A stretch of 64,000 bases of DNA. Source: Pecten maximus (Eukaryota). Both the position numbers and the translations under genes were made by a program. The stretch lies in NCBI RefSeq assembly GCF_902652985.1, contig NC_047025.1, positions 40,114,001 to 40,178,000 on the forward strand, read 5' to 3'. Under the pieces are notes generated by a model, which searched no databases, was not told the DNA's origin, and was given only the letters and a program-made list of their open reading frames with translations. Of the stretch, positions 52,901 to 64,000 are shown one piece after another; within the stretch, counting starts at the first letter, position 1; each line of letters starts with the position of its first letter.

Positions 52901-55900
52901 AACCAAGGTAAGTATGAAGTCTGTGTTCCTACCAACGCTCATTGCAAAGGTAAATGACCTTGACTTATCTTCAAGGTCACAAGGATGTTATAGTTAAACA
53001 TTCCTTTGAGAGTCACTTCTAGAAGATCCTGGGTACTGATATTTAGCCAGTAGGTCAGAGATATGTTCTTTAACGTTTCCACATATATATGTCAAGGTCA
53101 TTGGGGTCAAATAAGTAAAAAACCTTAAAGATTGATTGTCTTAATTTTTTAAAAGAGTTTTCTATAGCTTAAACCTTACAGCAGCACTAGTGTAAAGACT
53201 TCACAGGATCAGTAACAGACTTCTCATTGCTGTAGGGTTTCGTATGGACTATATGTGATATAACAGATCAGACATCACTAAGATAAAGACAAAATTGAAA
53301 TAATAACTTTGCCTTTATTCCTTACTATCCATGTGAGTGTCCTGTTTCTTGAATCCTTTATTATTTTCAGACATATGAAGGATCGAGCATTGAACATCTG
53401 ACGGAGGCGTTTGTTACAGGACTGCAGACTGACTATCCCTCCACTGTCAGCAACATCATGAGGTATGTTAGATCCTCCCGTAACACTTTTACTTAATGAA
53501 ATGGTAAAGTTTTATAAAGTAAAGTTATATATTAAATGTTTAATTCCTACCAAAATTAAAGAAACAAATCTTATCTTTATGATATCACAGACATAAATTG
53601 GATCACATCAGTCAGATCAGGTTATTATTGTGTTTTAGGACAGGTGAAAAGCTAAGTACTGAGAAAAGGGATGGAGAAAACAGCCACTGCGCCTTATGTG
53701 GGGTATGTTTACACTGCTTGTCTTACAATACCAAAAGTCAAACGGGGGGAAATTAATTCAAGAAGAGCTTATTTTTATGAGATTACATATTTTATGAGAA
53801 ATATTACAAAAAAAGGAAACAAACAAACAAAACTAATGAATTTAACAAAAAACCACAACTAAATTTTATAAATAGAAGATGTTGACTAACTATCGGTTAA
53901 AGCTATAGCTTCAGTTTTCTTTGGCTTGTATGCTGTACCAAGGGAGATAACTATCACTGTATACTTTATATCTAGGCTCCCCTCGATACAGACGTTGGTG
54001 CCTGTTCAGCATTAAGTGCTGTAGAGTTCTCCTCCCTGATCTCCCGGACGAGGAAAGGAAAAGTCACCACATGTGGGGACAGTACCACCTGCTGCGGGGA
54101 AGGGGACGGTAGCTGTCACACAAAGTCAGAGGGGTAAGTTCACCTGTTGTAGGGAAGGGACGGTAGCTGTCACACAAAGTCAGAGGGGTAAGTTCACCTG
54201 TTGTAGGGAGGGGACGGTAGCTGTCACACAAAGTCAGAGGGGTAAGGTCACATGTTGTAGGGAGGGGACGGTAGCTGTCACACAAAGTCAGAGGGGTAAG
54301 GTCACATGTTGTAGGGAGGGGATGGTAGCTGTCACACAAAGTCAGAGAGGTAAGGTCACATGTTGTAGGGAGGGACGGTAGTTGTCACACAAAGTCAGAG
54401 GGGTAAGGTCACCTGTTGTAGGGAGGGGACGGTAGCTGTCACACAAAGTCAGAGGGGTATGGTCACCTGTTGTAGGGAGGGGACGGTAGCTGTCACACAA
54501 AGTCAGAGGGGTAAGGTCACCTGTTGTAGGGAGGGGACGGTAGCTGTCACACAAAGTCAGAGGGGTAAGGTTTGTTGTAGGGAGGGGACGGTAGCTGTCA
54601 CACAAAGTCAGAGGGGTAAGGTCACCTGTTGTAGGGAGGGGACGGTAGCTGTCACACAAAGTCAGAGGGGTAAGGTTTGTTGTAGGGAGGGGACAGTAGC
54701 TATGATTTACAATAGATGAAATCTCTTTGATGGAATGTAGATTTGAAATAGATTTCCAGATAGCATAGATAAATAATTACTAAAGTGATGTTCAGGTTTC
54801 TGTATTGACAAACTATTAATTTCAGTTTGATATTTAAATATGACACAGTACCATATTTTAGTGTAATATTTGAATGTTACACAGTACCATATTTTAGTGT
54901 AATATTTAAATGTTACACAGCACCATATTTTAATATAATGTTTAAATGTTACACAGTACTATATTTTAGTGTAATGTTTAAATGAGACACAGTACCATAT
55001 TTTAGTGTAATATTTAAATGTTACACAGTACCATATTTTAGTGTAATATTTAAATGTGACACAGTACCATATTTTAGTGTAATATTTAAATGTTACACAG
55101 TACCATATTTTAGTGTAATATTTAAATGTGACACAGTACCATATTTTAGTGTAATATTTAAATGTTACACAGTACCATATTTTAGTGTAATATTTAAATG
55201 TGACACAGTACCATATTTTAGTGTAATATTTAAATGTTACACAGTACCATATTTTAGTGTAATATTTAAATGTGACACAGTACCATATTTTAGTGTAATA
55301 TTTAAATGTTACACAGTACCATATTTTAGTGTAATATTTAAATGTTACACAGTACCATATTTTAGTGTAATATTTAAATGTTACACAGTACCATATTTTA
55401 GTGTAATATTTAAATGTGACACAGTACCATATTTTAGTGTAATATTTAAATGTTACACAGTACCATATTTTAGTGTAATATTTAAATGTGACACAGTACC
55501 ATATTTTAGTGTAATATTTAAATGTTACACAGTACCATATTTTAGTGTAATATTTAAATGTTACACAGTACCATAATTCCTTTTGATGTTTAAATGTTAC
55601 ACAGTACCGTATTTTAGCGTAATATGTAAATACTTTTTGTTCCAGTGTGAAGAAGGAGGAAGTTTTGTCAGTGTTGTGTTATGGATGTCGAATGACTGTT
55701 AAAGACATGGTAAATATACACGTGTTAAAGACATGGTAAATATACACGTGTTAAAGACATGGTAAATATACACGTGTTAAAGACATGGTAAATATACACG
55801 GATGGAACTTCATTTATTATTACTAGACAATCGTGTTAAACTATAAATCGGCAAAAGTTCCGGCCTATCACAAGGAGACTTAACACGAACATACCGCAGC

Positions 55901-57002
55901 CTCCCAAAACACACATACGCACTCACCACACGCATGCATGTCGCACGCACGGGAGGCCGTCCTTAAATGACCTTAGCTGTTAATAGGATGTAAAACAAAA
56001 TAAACCGAACCAAACCATGTTAAGATGATAAGATGTTGTAGAAAAGGAGTCTATGGGATATTTTCACTTCAAATCAAAGTTTTGATTACCTGATATTCCG
56101 GACAACCACAGGATAATTTATTGGTGAATTCATGTGACATTTTCCACATAACACTTTAGTACATCATTGATTTAATAGTAAGAGATTTTCTCAGATTCTA
56201 TCATGTGTTGTACCAATCAGACCTATAATACTGTGGTATAGGTTATATTTGGCCTTTTGTTACTTCTGTCATGTGTTTTACCAATCCGACCTATAATACT
56301 GTGGTATAGGTTATATTTGGCCTTTTTTACTTTTATTTGTGAGAATATGTGGCATGAATGAAATTTTTAAAAAATTGAAAATCATGGAAAACCTTCTGTC
56401 TGTTACAGGTAGAGCCTGCGGTATAGGTTATATTTGGCCTTTTGTTAATTTTATTTGTGAGAATATGAATGAAATTTTCAAAATCTGAAAATCATGGAAA
56501 ACCTTCGGTCTCTGTTACAGGTAGAGCCTGCAGCACTACCAGATAAACTGCTGGCACAGATTTCATACCGACTACGCAGGTAATTTATCATTGATTTGCT
56601 AAGATTTGATGGTAAAATACAGGTAAAATTGATTGTGAGCTTTGATGGTAAAATACAGTTTAAATTGATGGTGTGTTTTGATGGTAAAATACAGGTTAAA
56701 TTTTATAAATATCAAGCTTTGTAAAATAAAGTTTAGATTTATAAGTATCAAGCTTTGTAAAATAAAGTTTAAATTTATGAAAATCTAGCTTTGTAAAATA
56801 AAGGTTAGATTTATAAATATCTAGCTTTGTAAAATAAAGTTTAAATTTATAAATATCTAGCTTTGAATATAAAATAAATGTGGAAATGATTGCCAGTAGA
56901 TATCAGCTACATCGTGTTTAATAATGGGTTGTACTTCCTTTTTACAGGTCAAAGATGAAGAACGATATTCAAGATTTTCTTCTTGATCCAGAAAACAGTT
57001 GA
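40327..57002 (+). CDS. CTU2: Cytoplasmic tRNA 2-thiolation protein 2 (Ncs2/CTU2), 15 exons, ~465 aa
   Basis: Exons: 40327-40382 MCSVQDG..; 41265-41339 KCMKC...VNDAFC; 43291-43429 ACF..HKFRATIGKSK..GEKVLVAYSGGPSS; 43644-43704 KKLRFIPGIIFID; 44026-44135; 51687-51883 LFSSIKSLTAREDML; 52054-52189 GYSKVMTG..TRLAVNLLSDISQGRG; 52443-52492 FSDTR..LVRPIR; 52826-52907 DFSSKEVAMYN; 53371-53462 SIEHLTEAFVTGLQTDYPSTVS; 53639-53702 RTGEKL..CALC; 53976-54133; 55646-55709 LCYGCR; 56521-56579; 56948-57002 IQDFLL..*. All GT-AG, phases consistent, total 1398 nt. Confidence 0.94.
41489..41708 (+). mobile_element. TRIM-like element: tRNA-like terminal repeat, PBS, short internal region, PPT
   Basis: TG..CA-bounded 111-bp repeat (41489-41599) with A box tagctcagttggtagagc and B box ggttcaatcc, then tggtgtggttgacc, then aaaagggggagggg. 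Related copies at 42204-42307 and 61180-61460. Confidence 0.55.
41709..41900 (-). mobile_element. SINE of a second family (V/Meta-like core), sharing the 3' tail of the first family
   Basis: ggtttggtttggtttg..tttaacgtcctat..ggtcatttaaggacg tail, ggaggaaagccggagtacccggaaaaaaacc core, ttcgaactc B box. Confidence 0.7.
41935..42064. repeat. Inverted repeat with 39-bp arms (mini-MITE-like)
   Basis: aatacgataagtgtatcgatcac..cag.agtcgaagtg and its reverse complement at 42026-42064, 2 mismatches. Confidence 0.85.
42857..42931. repeat. 75-bp near-perfect palindrome
   Basis: 37-bp arms, 1-nt centre, 2 mismatches. Confidence 0.9.
44187..51055. repeat. 6.9-kb compound satellite (core plus (GAT)n), ~150 units, in CTU2 intron 5
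   Basis: Unit gtagatggacttgtgtatgtaggg(tac/tgt/tgc)cgt(gat)n. Lies between the exon 5 donor (44136) and exon 6 acceptor (51686). Confidence 0.97.
54084..54702. repeat. 54-bp minisatellite, ~11 copies, derived from the CTU2 exon 12 3' end and splice donor
   Basis: Unit acctgttgtagggaggggacggtagctgtcacacaaagtcagaggggtaaggtc. The first copy is coding (TCCGEGDGSCHTKSE). Confidence 0.95.
54830..55630. repeat. 36-bp AT-rich minisatellite, ~22 copies
   Basis: Unit tgttacacagtaccatattttagtgtaatatttaaa. Confidence 0.95.
55697..55800. repeat. 26-bp repeat x4 spanning the CTU2 exon 13 donor
   Basis: Unit tgttaaagacatg|gtaaatatacacg. Confidence 0.9.
55846..56016 (+). mobile_element. 5'-truncated SINE (family of 31792-32325)
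   Basis: Near-identical to 32148-32325. Confidence 0.85.
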
Positions 57003-57939
57003 TGAATACTTTGATGAATATAAAAACTGATTTTAATTACGAAGTCATATCAACATTGAACTATTTATGCAGGGTGGGATTATTACAAAGGTTAATATTG
57101 ACAATATGAAACATGACAGTCTCACATTTGTATTCATGAGACTGTATACTACAATTTACAGTGATTCGGTCAGTGTAGGAATACAGTCTCAGGTGTTGCA
57201 GGTCAAAGCAATGGTCCCCAGTTACTTTCGGCCTGGAGAGCTTTCGAATGCTAGCATTTCTAATCCACAACACAGAAAATAAAGCAACTTCAGAAGTTAT
57301 GAGAGTAATATTTTATAATTAAAACAAAATATAGTCAACACAAAATAACTATAAGCGCCGTTCTTGATCTAGGAATTATCAAATTGTCAAATCAATGTCG
57401 TCACACTCACAGGGGCTCGTTTCCGAATTTTCACAAATGCAAGACACAACAACATTAAAAGACCAGCATTTATATGAAAAAAACCTTGTGAAAAATCGGG
57501 AGGATCGGCATGGTTTCCAGTTGTGTAGGTTGTGTATGTATATTGGATTTTAGTTTTGTGGTTATTCACTGATGTCAAAGGCCTACCTTACAAAATTGAG
57601 ACCCTGTGAAGTTGAAACTCTTCTGCTAAGATGTGACTGGTTAGACTTGAATCTGTTTCGAACGAATTATCCTTGGAATCGTTTTCACCTTGTGTGAAGA
57701 CGACTTTCATTTAGAATTTAAGAACTGATATTCTTCTAAAAATAACATAAATCCAGCCGATAGAGACTTAGGTGTTGCCGAGGAATCGAGTCTATTCTGT
57801 GCAATACCCGTTCAAAGCCCCATCACTTCTAAATGCTAAGTTGCTAACCGTATAGCATTACGCCGAAAAAAACCGGCTTGGATTTTAAACAGTCAGAAAT
57901 TATGCAATTGTGAATAATTTGACGATATCAACAAACGTA

Positions 57940-58665
57940 CCGTATTTGACCTAATAAGGGCGCAGGGCGCGGGTAATTGACAGTGGGGGCGCCCTTATTA
58001 AGATTAATTATTCTGAAGTTTTATGAAACAGACTATACCTTATAGCAGAATACCCAAGGTTGTGGAAACGGTAAAATATTCAGTCATAAAAATATTCCAG
58101 ATGAAGATATCTATTCATTATCATATATTAAGCTTAAATATCACTTGAATACTCATGTAAACTTGTAAACCATGCCAGCTGATCTTTAGACCAGAGAACG
58201 TGTGTTCCACCATTTATGTTCAAATGGAACTCTTTTGTGTTCTATTTATAGAAACAGGTGATTTCCCAGATCATATCAGACATCGTTTTCTTTGACCTAA
58301 TAATTGATATACAATGTCTTTTAATAGCTTTCTGTTCTGAACAAAAGTTATTTATCAACAAGAATGAAGTATTTACTTTATCTTCAAATAAAGATGGTAA
58401 GTTATTATTTGTATGTGTGTTTAGTTTTGGGTGCTCTTTGCACTGACATGTCATCTGTAGCCTGTAGGAATACACAAAATGTGGCGAAAACATGTGTTCC
58501 AGTTACTTAATTTGCTGGAGAAAATTGAACACATAAAGTAGCAAAATATTTCACATGAATTATTACTTTTGAACACCATTTTGACACTCAGTCAAAGATT
58601 TATTTCCTTGAAAAAAGGTAGGGGCGCCCTTATTAGGGCAGGCGCCCTTATTAGGTCAAATACGG
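57940..58665. mobile_element. Tc1/mariner (pogo-like) MITE with 24-bp perfect TIRs and TA target duplication
   Basis: ta-CCGTATTTGACCTAATAAGGGCGC ... GCGCCCTTATTAGGTCAAATACGG-ta. Confidence 0.9.
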
Positions 58666-58869
58666 TATATGAAATAGAAAATAAAGTCAAATTTGTGCGA
58701 AACCATTGTATGTGTTTGCTATTAATAACGACACGAGGGACTATATTATTCCTTCTGGAAATTTCGGCTGTTCCGGTATTTGAACTAGATGACGTCAGTG
58801 ATAGGGTAAGCGGCAAATTTAAACGCGTCATAATCTAGAGTAATTAAAAAATCTTTATGAATGTAAATA

Positions 58870-59019
58870 TAAGCATTGAACTGTTACCAAATGGTAGTAT
58901 ACAGTCGATATGAATACAATTTGGGTGACAGATAAATATTTCATGTATTCTATTTATCTGTCACCCAAAATGTATTCATATCGATTGTATACTACCATTT
59001 GGTAACAGTTCAATGCTTA
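58870..59019. repeat. 150-bp palindrome (~69-bp arms, 12-nt loop)
   Basis: taagcattgaactgttaccaaatggtagtatac...cagataaata and its reverse complement, ~2 mismatches. Confidence 0.92.
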
Positions 59020-59671
59020 AATGTCAACTTCAATTGAATTGTGTATTTGAGAAAATGTATGTATAATATAGGAATTATTTTATAGAAACTTAAATTTTAC
59101 AAGACAGTGTTGCGACAACAATTTTGATTAAAAAAATTTTATAATAGAGAGTGGTAGATAAATATCCAGACTTATTTTACTCTGTTTTGGTTTAAATATC
59201 ATTGATATTAGATAGAAAGGGTTAACCTGATTGGTCAGTAATTCTTAAATGATGATAATTATAAAAGGTCATTGGAACATTGATTCTGCCTGAATTTTGT
59301 AAAGTATAAAAACCAGGTATAGATAAACAATGTCATGGTGACAGGTATGTAGAGACAACCATACAGTTGTTTGTATTAGGAATTGTATATTTATATATGT
59401 TACCAACAATTACCAACTCTACATGTAAATCATACAGTGGTGTAAGAATAAAGCAATTGAAAACAAACTGATCATGTTGGTGGTTAACTCTTCTAGGAGC
59501 AGGGAAAGCAACTGACATAGGAGAGGCAGTCACCAAGGAAACAATGAAATGGAGAGAGAGAAGCTGAGGATAGTGAGGAATAAAAAATACAACTGAGAAA
59601 AGGTGGACCATTATTATGATATGACAGGAACTGTAGGGATACAATTGTAATAGGGAGTGGATATGAACCAA

Positions 59672-60650
59672 AGTAACTAGGTATGGTGGTATCTCCCAGG
59701 AAACCTGGTATATGTAACTAGGTATGGTGGTTTCTCCCAGGAAACCTGGAATATGTAACTAGATATATGGTGGTATCTCCCATGAAACCTGGTATATGTA
59801 ACTAGGTATGGTGGTATCTCCCAGGAAACCTGGAATATGTAACTAGATATATGGTGGTATCTCCCATGAAACCTGGTATATGTAACTAGGTATGGTGGTA
59901 TCTCCCAGGAAACCTGGTATATGTAACTAGGTATGGTGGTATCTCCAAGGAAACCTGGTATATGTAACTAGGTATGATGGTATCTCCAAGGAAACCTGGT
60001 ATATGTAACTAGGTATGATGGTATCTCCAAGGAAACCTGGTATATGTAACTAGGTATGGTGGTATCTCTCAGGAAACCTGGTATATGTAACTAGGTATGA
60101 TGGTATCTCTCAGGAAACCTGGTATATGTAACTAGGTATGGTGGTATCTCTCGGGAAACCTGGTATATGTAACTAGGTATGATGGTATCTCTCAGGAAAC
60201 CTGGTTTATGTAACAGGGTATGGTGGTATCTCCCAGGAAACCTGGTTTATATAACAGGGTGTGGTGGTATCTCCCAGGAAACCTGGTTTACGTAACAAGG
60301 AATGGTGGTATCTCCCAGGAAATCTGGTTTATGTAACAGGGTATGGTGGTATCTCCAAGGAAACCTGGTTTACGTAACAGGGTGTGGTGGTATCTCCCAG
60401 GAAACCTGGTTTATGTAACAGGGTATGGCGGTATCTCCCAGGAAACCTGGTATATGTAACAGGGTATGGCGGTATCTCCCAGGAAACCTGGTTTATGTAA
60501 CCGGGTATGGTGGTATCTCCAAGGAAACCTGGTTTATGTAACAGGGCATGGTGGTATCTCCCAGGAAACCTGGTTTATGTAACAGGGTATGGCGGTATCT
60601 CCCAGGAAACCTGGTAGAAGTAACAAGGTATGGTGGTATCTCCCAGGAAA
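59672..60650. repeat. 41-bp minisatellite, ~24 copies
   Basis: Unit gtaactaggtatggtggtatctcccaggaaacctggtatat. Confidence 0.95.
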
Positions 60651-61179
60651 CATTGCCTGTAACTTTAGGCATGGTGGCATCCCACAGGAAACCACATCTC
60701 TTGTAGACCACGTGATAACGGCCTGTGTTTACCTGGTAAAACCCATATTTGCTCATACCTTATCAATATACTTGATATATTACTTTTTCACTCCCTTTGT
60801 AGTTTCAGTCTCACGTGACATGTCACGTGTCCCCTTTGATAAACACGAAAATATGCATGTACTTGGATATCTGAGTTGCTTGCTACCTTGGTCAGTTTTC
60901 GAGTTCTGTTATTTTTCAATTAATTTGGGCGCAAAATAGACGTACAACAAACATCTGGTCTATGGCTCGTGATCGCGGAGAGAGATCTTGTCAGAAAATG
61001 TGTCTATATTGGATGGGTGTTGTCACACGATACCCATGGGTGTCTGGTGCCGTTTCCAAACCCTTCCTCGTGGGAAGTATCGGACGCTTAGTGTGTAGAC
61101 TGCGGGGGTGGCACTGAGTGCTAGTTGATATCTGATGCGTTCGTACCAAATTCACGCAATTTGAATATCATATTATACA

Positions 61180-61460
61180 TAGTGGTAGAGTCGCCTTTCC
61201 CTTTAGCTCAGTTGGTAGAGCGGCGGACCAGAAAGTCGGGGGTCGTGGGTTTGATCCTCGTTTGAGGCACACTGCCCGCTGTACATGTCGGGGGTCGTGG
61301 GTTTGATCCTCGTTTGAGGCACACTGCCCGCTGTACATGTCGGGGGTCGCGGGTTTGATCCTCGTTTGAGGCACACTGCCCGCCGTCCTGCTACAGTTGG
61401 TGCCGTTGACCACTCCAAGTACAAGCAACGGGAGAATTAAGAGGCTTCGTTGGAGATCGG
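61180..61460 (+). mobile_element. tRNA-derived TRIM-like or SINE-like copy with a triplicated B-box segment
   Basis: tagctcagttggtagagc, then 3x gtcgggggtcgtgggtttgatcctcgtttgaggcacactgcccgc, then cctgctaca-gt-tggtgccgttgacc and an internal region matching 41600-41665. Confidence 0.6.
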
Positions 61461-62202
61461 TAGCCTTATTATGAATAAAGGGCAAGTGATCTGATGTCGT
61501 AATGCGGCTTCTTTTTCTTTAAATGATTTCTTCGCAAAAAACCAAAAGACATAGAATCAGAATATTTGACTGGAAGGTTCCTTGTATGGAGCCCAACAAT
61601 TTTTATCAAAAGGCCGATATTCAAGGTAACGGGGTCAAATTTGTTGAAACATTAAAACGACAATGACTGTGTAACCAAAAGGTCTAAAAATAAAGATGTT
61701 TGTCTGGTAGTTCCTTAGATCACGTGCAACAAAATTTGCCCGACGTAGTGGCCTTGACTTGTATTCAAGATCAATGATCATTAAAACACTCCAGGGAATT
61801 CTTATCGGTCAAAAAGCAACGAATTTAGGTATGTGAAATGACCATGGCGAATATTCAAGGTCACGGGATCATTTGCGTTAACATTAAACCTGTTGTTTGG
61901 ATTGCGTGTGTGTAGGGAGAGGGGCCATCTTGTGGCGCCCTGGTTCTTCTTTTAACTTCTTCTTGCCGAATTACTTTGATCCTTCCGGGGTCGCGATAAC
62001 TCATCAGTATCGAACTAATAACCCTAACGCCTGTTCCAGGGGTTTGTGGTTCTCAACAAGCTGATATACGGTGTCGTGTCTTTGGGTAAAACATTTCAAT
62101 CCTGATAACATGTGATTGGCCTTCCTATGATAAAAAGGTGAGACAGTCAACGGCTGCTACAATGAGACTCCGCCTTAAAATGACTGAGACGGACCCCTTT
62201 GC

Positions 62203-62570
62203 TATTCTATGATTATGGCCCTACAGGAGACTGCTATCTTAGGTCCTACATAAGACTGACCACTTCAATATTCTATGATTATGGCCCTACAGGAAACTGA
62301 TATCTTGGGTCCTACACAAGACTGACCACTTCAATATTCTATGATTATGACCCTAAAGGTGACAGATATCTTGGGTCCTACACAAGACGGACCACTTCAA
62401 TATTCTATGATTATGGCCTTACAGGAAACTGATATCTTGGATCCAACACAAGACTGACCACTTCAATATTCATGATTATGACCCTAAAGGTGACAGATAT
62501 CTTAGGTCCTACACAAGACGGACCACTTCAATATTCTATGATTATGGCCTTACAGGAAACGGATATCTTA
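62203..62570. repeat. 66-bp tandem repeat, ~5.5 copies
   Basis: Unit tattctatgattatggccctacaggaaactgatatcttgggtcctacacaagactgaccacttcaa, with alternating variants. Confidence 0.9.
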
Positions 62571-64000
62571 GACGGACCCCATCGATACTCTATGACCCTG
62601 CACGAAATGGATCCACGTGATCTGCACGAGACGAACCCCTGAGATAGCCTTATTGTATCGACATTAGTTTACTATGGCGAGGTGTTTGACGGGAGGGAGA
62701 CGGATGACCGTTCAGATCGATATGGCTGTGAGATTCACAGTCCTGTTCTAACATTACGGCCAACACGGTAGAGTGACCTGTGGGTCGATACAGCACCGCT
62801 CACAGCTCTGTTTATCGGAACACCTAGAACTTCGATCACTGTGACCTAATTAAGAGGCTAAACAAGTCGTATCCGGCGGGCAGCACTGCAAGGTCAGAGA
62901 CCGACTAGATTTCCGGTGATACTGAATTGGAAGCGTAATAAACCTTAACTACCACACGGCATTTTCTCTTCATGCACTTATTGGTCATTGTGGCCTAGCT
63001 AATGTCCAAATGTAGCACGCGATCTGAAATCGCGGAATGGAAAAGAAACGGAATCCCTAAAATATCTAAAAGAAATTATCGCAAATCATTTTTATGTCTT
63101 TACATACTGTAACTGACGGGGTGAGTGATTTGTCCTCACTCCACTATGTCGTAACCCCAGCGGCCCGCTATTCATTGCATTGAAGACAAACGTGACTGGG
63201 TTGACACATTGAAAGTAACCTCTTCAAAAGCTTGGCATTATACCTGAACACGCAGATCGTTTATACATGCAACAACTTATCAATTAAAGTACTACATGGT
63301 TTAATGTAGCTCGAAGTTAGGTGTCCAAAACGTTGGAGTAAAGAGAGTAAAAGTTTACCTACCCACTGGCGGGTTAGGAAGGCACTATGACTGTGTTCAG
63401 TTGGCGCGCCATTTCAAAATATCGACTGTTTCAAATTGAGACGGTGAATGGAAATTGTGTTAGGAAGGCTTTGCAATTCATCAATTACATTTATAATGGA
63501 CTTTAGGTAATAGAAAATGAACTGCACGCACACTAAGAAAGACAAGAAATTGACATAAACGACAGAATGATTAGCATAGTGAGATGTTCCGCCATATTTA
63601 GAAAAAAAGCGTTTAACATGTTCGAGCGATGACGGCTCTAAAACTATTGGCATTCCTGCGTACGTGCACGGGAATGTCACGCGTATCCCCGGATAGCACT
63701 AACGTTACGTCATATGTAAACACCGCTGGTGCCAGCCACGTCTATTTCTAGCTACATGTAGCAGCATTCCACACCAAGGTTTTAATTCCGGGGCACCAAG
63801 CCAGCACAACCGTGTTCTACTACACTCATTCACTGGCGCGGTTTGAGTAATACCTTCAGTATCTAGGCCGACCACATAGTTGGCAACAAGAGACAATGAG
63901 TACGACATTGTGAAACATTGAGTAATATACTCTACCAGACACTGCGCGTGCAGTGCGTATGCGCGTGCAATGTTTTGTCATAGCGTCTTCATAAGAATAC

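Noticed and set aside
60812-60829. Palindromic double E-box CACGTGACATGTCACGTG
   Set aside because: No linked gene or TSS is visible, so it cannot be called regulatory.
62600-64000. Possible gene or promoter at the window end (CpG-richer, TGCGCGTGCA motifs)
   Set aside because: No recognisable coding exon or splice structure; insufficient evidence.

Overview
Eukaryotic, AT-rich, repeat-dense genomic DNA. The repeat families suggest a mollusc, probably a bivalve (inference only). Three spliced genes were reconstructed by hand with GT-AG introns and consistent phases: SEH1L (nucleoporin/GATOR2 WD40 protein, minus strand, 9 coding exons, ~375 aa, 14774-29054), NEURL2 (Neuralized/NHR domain plus SOCS box, plus strand, 266 aa, 32630-34834, head-to-head with SEH1L) and CTU2 (cytoplasmic tRNA 2-thiolation protein 2, plus strand, 15 exons, ~465 aa, 40327-57002). 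SEH1L exons 2-3 lie in a ~3.2-3.7 kb tandem duplication that is either real in-frame exon duplication or a haplotype assembly artefact. SEH1L also has a candidate distant alternative last exon at 3631-3694. More than a third of the window is minisatellite or satellite DNA. This explains nearly all long ORFs in the six-frame track, including the 2289-aa Asp-rich ORF inside CTU2 intron 5. Also present are TA-flanked MITEs, Helentron-like non-autonomous elements, SINEs, long palindromes and a TRIM-like element whose terminal repeats carry a tRNA-like Pol III promoter. No CRISPR array or prokaryotic system is supported.
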